DNA of 64,000 nt from Cyanidioschyzon merolae (Eukaryota), in NCBI GenBank assembly GCA_000091205.1, contig AP006501.2. One strand, written 5' to 3'. The notes beneath the pieces were generated by a model that made no database searches, had not been told where the DNA came from, and worked only from the letters and a program-made list of their open reading frames with translations. Position numbers and translations under genes: made by a program. Within the stretch, counting starts at the first letter, position 1. Each line of letters starts with the position of its first letter. Shown piece by piece: positions 55,760 through 64,000 of the stretch.

Positions 55760-57013
55760 TCACAAGGGTGACGGATCGTTCGCACGTATGACTGCAGCCA
55801 ACATTTCCGACCAGAACCATTCGGTATCTACCGCAAGTGCGACATACACATTCCGCGGCCGTTGCGTATGACCCCAGACGTCGACCACAATTTTACCGTA
55901 ACAGAGCGTGCCTTCGTGCAACTCAACATCCACCCGATGATGCTCTATCGCAAACTTACCCATTGCTGCACCGTACACCGCTGCGACAGCAAGCGGATCG
56001 TGCAACGGAGGGGCCTCGAACCCGAAAGCTCGTCGATACCGCTCACCATAATAGTTCAGCAATCCAGTCATGAGTCTGCCAAACGGAGACCGAACGCTTT
56101 GTAGCGCGCGCATAACGTGTTCTCCGGCGAGAACGCTGTGGGTGACCTCTAGTGGAATCAGCACGACATGCTGAATACCCGCCGTGGCCACTACATGGAA
56201 CGCTTCTGGATCATGTCGAATATTGAACTCTGCAACAGGTGAAACATTACCCGCGGCAAGCAGCGCTCCACCGAGTACAACGACATCAATTAGCGGAATG
56301 AGCTCCCGATATAACGATACCAGTAGGGCCACGTTTGTTAAAGGGCCACAAGTCACTACTTTTATCCGCCTTCTTATCGAGCATGCATCCTTAGTACCGT
56401 CTGTTTCGCTGGTTGTACCGGAAATAGCACCAGCGGCACACCCTGACTTCAGCGTTTGGACTGTTTGGTTCCGAGTGAGCGGTGCGCTCGGATTCAAGCG
56501 GGCATACTCGTTCCAGATAGCTTCCGCCATGGCCGGTACAGCGGGCTTATGACTCACAAGTTCGTTTCCAAAGCTCCTATCTGGCCAGATTCCATCGGAA
56601 TCGGCAAGTTCCATTCCAGAAGCACCATGAATGTGCTCCGGATGCGGTGCTGGTGCCGAGGATGCCGCTTCGTCTCCACTCGATGGACAGTCATAGTACT
56701 GCTGTCGTCGCAGAAGCGGCCCTGCAGCTCCAGCGTGGACCTGAACACCCAGAACGCCCGCAGCTTTGAGGATGCGGGCTGCGTTCTGAGTTGTATTTTC
56801 TACGCTCCCGTTTCCGTCTACTGTGGATACACCAAGGAGACGCAGGCGAGGGTGATGCGCCCCCAGCACCAGCGCAAACGCGTCATCATGTCCGGGGTCA
56901 CAGTCGATCCACAGCGGAATGGGTTCGTCACGACCAAAACCACTGGAAAGAGCGTCCCAAGCACTGAGATGAACGTGGCGACTATCCCACTGTGCTAACG
57001 CGGGCAGTGGCAT
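55760..57013 (-). CDS. Inosine-uridine preferring nucleoside hydrolase
   Basis: IU-NH aspartate signature PLWIDCDPGHDDAFALVLG; later VVTCGPLTNVALL and HDPLAVAAV. The track start is a TTG; ATG at 57011-57013 (MPLPALAQW) verified. Confidence 0.8.
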   Translation of the reverse strand: MPLPALAQWDSRHVHLSAWDALSSGFGRDEPIPLWIDCDPGHDDAFALVLGAHHPRLRLLGVSTVDGNGSVENTTQNAARILKAAGVLGVQVHAGAAGPLLRRQQYYDCPSSGDEAASSAPAPHPEHIHGASGMELADSDGIWPDRSFGNELVSHKPAVPAMAEAIWNEYARLNPSAPLTRNQTVQTLKSGCAAGAISGTTSETDGTKDACSIRRRIKVVTCGPLTNVALLVSLYRELIPLIDVVVLGGALLAAGNVSPVAEFNIRHDPEAFHVVATAGIQHVVLIPLEVTHSVLAGEHVMRALQSVRSPFGRLMTGLLNYYGERYRRAFGFEAPPLHDPLAVAAVYGAAMGKFAIEHHRVDVELHEGTLCYGKIVVDVWGHTQRPRNVYVALAVDTEWFWSEMLAAVIRANDPSPL

Positions 57014-58029
57014 GCGCTTCCCTCGAAGAACCCTGTCGGAAGCAGCACTGCAGCTCTCGGGCACTGCACAGCGCAGCGCTGGAGCATCGTCGGCCACCGG
57101 TGCCTCAAGTGACGCGCTCGATGCGGTCAATGCGAATTCTGCTATCTGCGAACTTTATCAGGAAATAAGCAATGTGTTTGGGATGCTGCTTATGAAAGAG
57201 GAAGCAAGGCAAAGCGAGCGGTTCAGGTAGTCGGAGTGGCGTCAGGCGCGTTATTGTGAACGGCGTCGCAGGCACCATACGTTACGTCCTGTGTACAAGC
57301 TGTGACGCCCAGAGCTCGGGTATTCGGGAGCGCGTCCTGGAAATCGCAACCTATCACAAAAATAGATTGTGCAACGTGCGATCACAAATGAACAGCTGCA
57401 CTTTCGGGGCTGCTCCAGGGCTTGCTGCGCAAAGTGGAGAAGCAAGGTTGGCAGCGTTGCAAAAGCAGCCGCCTGCTGTGTGGCTACAGTGGACAAGCGG
57501 AATGCATCAACTGTTTCTGCAACGATATTCGCTATGTTTTCATTAATCAAAAATTACGCATTCCTTCTTCCGATATCGGTGGAGAAGACTTTTGAAGCAG
57601 CGGAGACGGCATGTAGCGTGCACATGAGCACAGCGCATGGTTGCGGTTTACCTTCAGAGAAAACCTTAAAGGCAGGTCGTCACATTTCTGTGCAGGCAGG
57701 GAATAGCAGGGAAGCACGCGAGACGCTTATTCTGGATGCCGCCGTGCCTTTTTCGTTCCGATACTCTCCATGGTAAACGTAAGTACATTCGGCTTCAATT
57801 CTGAATCTGCTTGACGAAAAGGCTCGTTCTGTGAAAGCAAGCGGCGGACGCGCAGGTACCTGCAATAAGAGACCCCGATACCTCGATAGGTTGCACGTTG
57901 GGTTCACGTGAACCGAACTGGACCCCGTTCCCTGCAAGACTCGCTTTTACAGCCGAATGTGTCGGAGCGGCACTCGACACGCGCGCTACTGAGTTGAACC
58001 TGATGCACGCGCTTCCTATGCCAGCGCTA

Positions 58030-58265
58030 GTGCGTACTGTCCCACGAGGAGCACTGGGAAACTCGAGTTAGAGGTAAGCTACACTCAAGTAGTCACAACG
58101 ATTAACAGGGAACCAAAAGGCTGCCCCGAAACGTCCAGTAGGTGCTTAATGCTCCACCAGGAGCACTGGGGAACTCAAGTTGGAGGTAAGCTACACTCAT
58201 GTAGTCACAGCGATCGGCAGGGAAAACACTGGTTTTGCCTCAAACGTCAGCTCGGACCAACTGTC
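58030..58265. repeat. Tandem repeat, about 115-bp unit x 2
   Basis: '...cacgaggagcactgggaaactcgagttagaggtaagctacactcaagtagtcacaacgat...' followed by '...caccaggagcactggggaactcaagttggaggtaagctacactcatgtagtcacagcgat...'; lies upstream of the GT32 gene. Confidence 0.65.
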
Positions 58266-58731
58266 CGCCCCCGCACTCCCGAATACCTTTCCGCAAAAAC
58301 TCAATCCCTGCCTGTTCCGTTCCAAGCCGTTCGGTAACGTCCACGCCAGCTCATACGTGTCCCGGACGCTGTTCCTTCTCCCCAGAGCGTTGCATGTCCA
58401 CCTGTCGATGGGCAACAGGCAGGCGCGGGCAACTCGACTGGGACAGGTGGCGGCTGCAGCGCTCCAGAGGCATTGCCTGATTTTCAAAATTGGATTGATT
58501 TTCAGAACGCCGGCAGGCAGAGGTTTGCGACGGCTACCAGCGCCAGTCCAGTTACTGGTGCTTGACTCGAGCAGCTTTCAAAGAAACTGAACTTTTGAAC
58601 CTGTTCTTCTTTATCATCGGTATCAGATACGAGACTTTGGGCAGTTTCGTTGGTTCCTGGGCTTGGCTCAGAACGGGACTAGACGCCGGAGCCTGGCACG
58701 ACTGTGAAGGAGCGGGACCCCAGGTGACTCC

Positions 58732-59940
58732 ATGCGACGTGAGTCCGACTTTAGCCGCATTCCCAAGCTTCTTCCTTTACTAGGGCTACACAACAGCAGA
58801 CAATTGAAGTTCATGTTGCCGACAGTTCTTCAGGAGTCTTCGACTGGTCATTCACTGCTGCGTGGTTGGTTTCGCAAATACCACCGGATGTCGACTGGTA
58901 ACTGGAAAGGGATGCGTCTCTGGCTGCTTGTTCTGGCGATGCTCGTCGCACTGTTTTGCGTGTTGCGCATTCCGCCGCAGGTACTTCTCCCCGACTACTG
59001 GAAACCGGAGTGGTTTTACGCGCCGTTGAACTTTAGCTACGAGGTGGAGCTCGCGTCCGCCGTGCCGGTGCAGGAGCCGCCAACCGTCATCCCGAATATT
59101 GTCCACTTTATTCATGGCCTGACGCCAGACTTTGGAAAACGACCTTTTGGGCTCGTCGAATATCTGGCGGTCAAGGCCGCGCATGAGGTGATCAAGCCGA
59201 GATCGATTTACCTCCACTACATGTACAGACCTGAAGGTTATTGGTTTGAAAGAGCCCTTCCCTACGTAACGCTCTCTCCGATAACGGAGCTCCATCCATT
59301 GCCGAATGTGAGCATGCAGCACTTTGCGCATCTAGCCGATGTGCTACGTTTGCTCATCCTTATCCAGCACGGAGGTATCTATCTGGATATGGATGTGCTG
59401 GTACTACGTGATTTCACACCACTGCGGACCCAGTACAAGGTGACGCTCGGACGAGAGCAGGTGCGGAATACCCCATCGGTGCGCTGGCCAGACCCGGGCG
59501 GTGTTGCCAACGCCGTCATTGTTGCTCCCGTTAATGCATCGTTTCTTCATCGCTGGCTTGCTACCTATGCCACATTTCAAGAGAAGGACTGGGCAACCCA
59601 TAGCGTCACCATACCGTACGTGTTGGCTCGTACACACCGTTTCGATGCGGAGCTTCACGTCGAAGGCCCGCGTTCCTTCTACTATCCGACCTGGGCGCCA
59701 GACGATCCAGTGCACGGTCTCCCGCGTCTCTACGCGAGGGCACACCGGCGAGGAGCACGCGAGGCGTATCGTTTCGATGAAGGAAACTATGCGGTCCACT
59801 TGTGGCGAACCAAAGCTGCCGAGGTGTATCCCTCACGTGACCTGTTCTCCGTTGCGCATATCTGTAATCACCGAAATGATCCAGAGTACGCGTTGTCGAC
59901 GTTTCAGCGAGTTGCGCGTGCTATTTACGGCGAGTGCTAG
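58732..59940 (+). CDS. Type II membrane glycosyltransferase, GT32-like (DXD-containing sugar-binding region)
   Basis: ATG verified. Signal anchor MRLWLLVLAMLVALFCVL. Gly_transf_sug-like LLILIQHGGIYLDMDVLVLRDF. Confidence 0.6.
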   Translation: MRRESDFSRIPKLLPLLGLHNSRQLKFMLPTVLQESSTGHSLLRGWFRKYHRMSTGNWKGMRLWLLVLAMLVALFCVLRIPPQVLLPDYWKPEWFYAPLNFSYEVELASAVPVQEPPTVIPNIVHFIHGLTPDFGKRPFGLVEYLAVKAAHEVIKPRSIYLHYMYRPEGYWFERALPYVTLSPITELHPLPNVSMQHFAHLADVLRLLILIQHGGIYLDMDVLVLRDFTPLRTQYKVTLGREQVRNTPSVRWPDPGGVANAVIVAPVNASFLHRWLATYATFQEKDWATHSVTIPYVLARTHRFDAELHVEGPRSFYYPTWAPDDPVHGLPRLYARAHRRGAREAYRFDEGNYAVHLWRTKAAEVYPSRDLFSVAHICNHRNDPEYALSTFQRVARAIYGEC

Positions 59941-61965
59941 CAATCCTCTGTGCAGCAGCATGAATGCTGGAGCGCGTTTCACTTTTGCAAACCCGTGGTA
60001 CCTCGTCAACAGGCTATGCATTAACGTAAACGTGAGTTTCGAGTGTCAGCGGTGATGGCGACAGCGACACCGCGGATCAGCAACTCGTCTCTGTTCAGTT
60101 GAGCGCTGGTGTTGACCATTGAAGACGTGGAATAGCGCCATTGCCTGGGCTCGGGGGAGGACCACTCGAAACACTCGGAAGCGTTGCTGGGAGCGCATCC
60201 CTGGGCCCAGACCGCACATTTGTCTGAGTGGATGCGGATCGCACACTCAGCAGGTGGCGTTCGAGTTCACGCGGAGGCCGTTCTTCAACTGGATAAGCCG
60301 GGTGGATTCCGGCCCCGCCGTCCTTGTTTCTGCAGCGGCGCAGGGGCCCGACGTCCGCTCTCGCTGCGTGCGATAAAAGCGAATCCTGGGATTAAGAGCC
60401 TCTCTACACGCATACGCCAGTTTCGCATGAGGGGCGCTCATGGCATACATGCGCTTCAGTTGAAAGTATGCTGCCGATAAAACGCGAAGCAGGATGCTTC
60501 GCTAGGCTACTGCGCTCAGCAGGGCAGTCAGATTTCAATAAGTCCCAACAGAACAAGGCTCTTCTCTCAAACGTTGATGGAGGAGTCGCTCTGGAATGCC
60601 ACGAATGTCGGTGCACTGCAGCGCGGTCGCAGATACGTCATAGTACACTGTGCGAGGCGCCATCTCTCGCTCGCAAATACAATGTCCACGGTTTGACAAG
60701 GCGAGTCGCGAGGCCGCTGGCGACCAGTTGTCGTAGAACTCATCTGGCGGGTCGTGGAAGTCGTTCTCGGGAAACGATGCACCAGATCAACACGTATGCC
60801 TAAGTGTCTCCACTTCCTTAATTTGTCCCAAGAATAGAAACAACCAACTTGTTCTTCGCACACGTGACTTGTCTCCGCAAAGCTGTGACCCCGCGTGGAT
60901 GCTCGAATCAGTCGTGAGCATCTTTCCCTGTCGAAGGCATCTCGTAGAAAGGTGCCGTTCCTGACAAAGGTTTCACTCTATTGCCCCCGGCCGCTTCACA
61001 TTTGACAAATGCTGCATGCGTGTGCAAATGCCCCGGTTATCCATCACCGAAGCGCTGTGCTTGCCTTCCTGGTGTCCGGAGCTGTCATGCAGCAGCTGTG
61101 CGTGACGAAATGCGTAGGGCGAGTCCCACTCGAGAGCCAGCGCACCCTTCCCTGGTAAGCAATTCGCTAAAAATCTTGCATTTCATGCACAGAACTGAAT
61201 TCCATACCTGGAATGCAAGTCTCGTTACTGCTTCTAATAGCAGCGCAGTCAAAGAGAACCTGCGTTGACTCTCACGACATTGAATATCTACCGAGCCAAT
61301 GGGGTCAGAAACTCATCTCTGAGTAATACTTGAACGTATACGAGATCCTTGAACATCCAAGCATTTGCACTGGCGAAGGCGCGTGCTCTCCGGAGTTCGT
61401 CAACAGCCTCGTCAAAGTGCAACCACGGGCAATGCCCTGCGCACTGGTAGCGATGCATAGCTACCAGTCCTGATACTCAGAAATAAACCACCTCAGCAAC
61501 ATACATGCATGCTCAATCACTGTTCAAACTACCAAGAAGGCAATGGTTCCGGGAAAGGTGCCACGATTCCCCACGCGTTAGCGTAGCGCGAGGCACCGGG
61601 TGATACGCATCTACCATCGCTGCACCAAGTCAAGCTTCAAGGCTCTCGCATCGAGCCCACGCGTTATATGAGTTTCCTTGACCCTGCTCCCAAACAAGGT
61701 CTCTGATCAACATATCTTCACAAGCAAGCCGGCAAACGAACTACTCCTACTGCAATGAGCGCGGCATCAGCGCTTTTCAGAAGCCAAGAATTCCACGCGC
61801 GTACTTTGCCGCGCGCAAAGCATCTGCGTTGCGACGCCCGCCGGTGCTGGACGCACACGTCACCGCAGCCGGCAAGTGTAGCGCAAAGCTCGTAGAGGGT
61901 CCACTCCAGTCACTAGGGAGCGTTGTCGACGGTGCAAGGTCGTATAGGAACTCGTCAGCGGACGG

Positions 61966-63273
61966 ATGGCACTGCTGTCCCCGAAAATCTTCCTCGCTAC
62001 CTTACACCGGAAAGGACGAGGCCTTGGTTTCGTGTTTCCGTGGAGTTCATCGTTCGCGGGCCGCGCTCCCTGCATCGAATACCCGCGTGGCGGGACACAG
62101 GCGTCAGCGTCTGGGTGCTGGCGGCACGCTGAACGAAGTTTTTCCCAGACGTCGTGGTCTCGACTCCGACGACTCGTCGTTCAGAGTGCGGCTCCAGCGA
62201 ACCAGCGGCGACGTTCATCAAAGCGAGGTGTGCTGTCTGCTGAGCGCGCCGCGGCCTTGTACCGCAGCCTGCAGAGTTTCAGCGCAATGACGTCGCGATC
62301 CATTGGAACACATTCTGGAACTTTTCACTGTGATGAAGCGCTTGCCTGTTACATGCTACGTTTGCTACCTGAGTTTCGTGACGCAAGCATCATCAGAACG
62401 AGGGATCCGGCGCTCCTGGCTACACTGGACTGCGTGGTTGACGTTGGAGCGGAGTATGATCCCGAGCGCTTGCGGTTCGATCACCACCAACGCTCGTTTT
62501 CGGATACGTTCTCGACATCCAAGAAAACCAGGCTTTCTTCGGCAGGCCTGGTCTACAAACACTTTGGAAGGGAGCTGATTCGGCAGATCACCGGCACGAG
62601 TGATGAGAACGTGCTCGAATTGTTGTATACGCGCGTCTACGATGGGTTCATCGAGGCTATCGACGGAAACGACAATGGCATCGATGCAACGAACGAGCGT
62701 CCGCGCTATGTCGACAACACCACCTTACCGATGCGAATTTCAAGACTGAATACTCCGTGGAACGTCGATGAGAGCGAACAGGAGCAGCTTGTACGCTTCG
62801 AACAGGCCATGGAAATGGCGGGTACGGAGTTCGTGGCGTACGTGCGTGGACTCTACGGGCAGTGGTTACCGGCCCGAGCAGTGGTACTCGAGGCGTTCCA
62901 CAAACGCTTTGAGACTCACGCGTCGGGGCGCATGATTTACCTGGAGCGGTGGTGTCCGTGGAAAACGCACCTCTACGATATAGAATCGGAAAATTCAGCG
63001 CTTGGAGAGATATATTTTGTGCTTTACAGGGATCATAGCGGGATGTGGCGCGTTCAAGCAGTGAACAAGCCGGACTCCTTCGAGAACCGAATTTCCCTGC
63101 CGATTGAGTGGCGTGGATTGCAGGACGCTGCGCTTGAAAAGGTTACCGGGATCCGGGGCTGCACTTTTGTGCATGCGTCTGGTTTCATTGGCGGCAACGA
63201 GACGTATGAAGGCGCATTGGCTATGGCTTGTTTGGCCTTGTCGATGAACACAGCTCCCGTGATGCCCACCTAG
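61966..63273 (+). CDS. MYG1: MYG1 / UPF0160 family protein (metal-dependent hydrolase); the conserved core begins at the ATG at 62287, and an optional 107-aa N-terminal extension may be an organellar presequence
   Basis: Strong match to the MYG1 core: IGTHSGTFHCDEALACYMLRLLPEFRDASIIRTRDPALLATLDCVVDVGAEYDPERLRFDHHQRSF...KTRLSSAGLVYKHFG...VDNTTLPMRISRLNTPWN. Both ATGs (61966 and 62287) were verified. Confidence 0.85.
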   Translation: MALLSPKIFLATLHRKGRGLGFVFPWSSSFAGRAPCIEYPRGGTQASASGCWRHAERSFSQTSWSRLRRLVVQSAAPANQRRRSSKRGVLSAERAAALYRSLQSFSAMTSRSIGTHSGTFHCDEALACYMLRLLPEFRDASIIRTRDPALLATLDCVVDVGAEYDPERLRFDHHQRSFSDTFSTSKKTRLSSAGLVYKHFGRELIRQITGTSDENVLELLYTRVYDGFIEAIDGNDNGIDATNERPRYVDNTTLPMRISRLNTPWNVDESEQEQLVRFEQAMEMAGTEFVAYVRGLYGQWLPARAVVLEAFHKRFETHASGRMIYLERWCPWKTHLYDIESENSALGEIYFVLYRDHSGMWRVQAVNKPDSFENRISLPIEWRGLQDAALEKVTGIRGCTFVHASGFIGGNETYEGALAMACLALSMNTAPVMPT

Positions 63274-64000
63274 TCGGAGGCTGCGCGCGACGGACCCACA
63301 AGAGCGGAGTTTCTGCGAACACACACGCAGACACGAAGTGTGACACCGACTGAGCCACTGACACTCTCCCCCGTGGTTTTGATGTCTCGCGCGATGTTAT
63401 GCGCCGGTTCTCCCGAGAACGTACCGCTGTCAACGATCTGGAGCGTCACTACGCAGGCCTGCACATCGATACGTTGTCGTGTGGTGCCCCCAGATTCAGT
63501 GGGCAGCGCTGCTAGAAAAGCGCACGGCATGTCTTCTTCTGCTGATTCGAGAGACACCAGACGCAGTCAATGGCGATCCAACCCACCCCATCCGTGTTGT
63601 AGACGTGAATATCCCGGATACCCGGAATCCAAGAGCAACAGCGTCTGCGTGCCGCTCGCCAGCGTTGCAACAGTGCGCATTCGATAACCGCGGTCCGCCG
63701 CAGCTAGCGTTCGATGCATGCTCAACATCCGCAGTATCGCTGGATCGACGTAGCTTCAAACCATGGGGAACGCTCTGCTCTTGTGTTTTCGGTATGCCGA
63801 AGCGTCTCTCGAGGGGCCGAAACGCCATCCCAGTCCTCCGGTCGCATTTGCGCATCGGGGAGAAACATTGCTTGGACGCATCCTCATCGCCTCGTGAGCA
63901 TATTGAGAGCCTCGCGCAGGTGTCGGCAGCGTCAGCTCCCGGTAGGCAAGCGATTCCCATGCACCTGCTGGCTGCCCCGAGCTGACGTCTTCAGTGGTAC

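Noticed and set aside
1-64000. tRNA, rRNA or spliced-leader genes
   Set aside because: No convincing tRNA cloverleaf was found by eye: there is no GGTTCGANTCC T-loop with matching acceptor stems. This cannot be excluded without tRNAscan or Infernal.

Overview
64 kb of eukaryotic nuclear DNA, about 55% GC and intron-poor, with long uninterrupted ORFs on both strands. The lineage cannot be fixed from sequence alone; the standalone LeuC-type large subunit argues against a fungal Leu1 fusion, and a compact alga or protist is plausible. The ORF track renders GTG/TTG/CTG starts as M, so gene starts were moved to the first in-frame ATG wherever I checked the nucleotides.

Recognisable genes, by conserved motifs: class I histone deacetylase, eIF4G-like MIF4G/W2 protein, LeuC/IPMI large subunit, ribosomal protein L22e, HAT1, IU nucleoside hydrolase, MYG1/UPF0160, PP1 inhibitor-2, SRR1-like, GT32 glycosyltransferase, a Methyltransf_16-type methyltransferase, a UBL-domain membrane protein, a DUF202 protein, and a divergent AP-mu-like protein.

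The 8.5-29.5 kb stretch is accessory. Two near-identical 1.35 kb direct repeats (8532-9886, 28117-29451) bracket about 18 kb. Inside is a large palindrome: 2.55 kb inverted-repeat arms (about 13460-16005 and 20268-22870, roughly 98% identical) around a 4.26 kb centre that holds a frameshifted non-LTR retrotransposon remnant.

Each arm carries the same segmented gene for a TnpB/Fanzor-like RuvC nuclease. It has a RuvC-I-like 'SADPGNTNN' block and an unmistakable RuvC-III 'RDFNAASNI' block. The two copies are head-to-head, with their 3' ends (where an omegaRNA would lie) pointing outward and abutting the 5' ends of HDAC and the eIF4G-like gene. This eukaryotic OMEGA/Fanzor-type palindromic locus is the main candidate for a novel system.

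Secondary items: a 1058-aa protein built from at least ten copies of a ~60-aa repeat of unknown family; several short tandem-repeat arrays; a frameshifted two-block gene at 2365-3904; and a GC-rich island at 45.6-46.5 kb.
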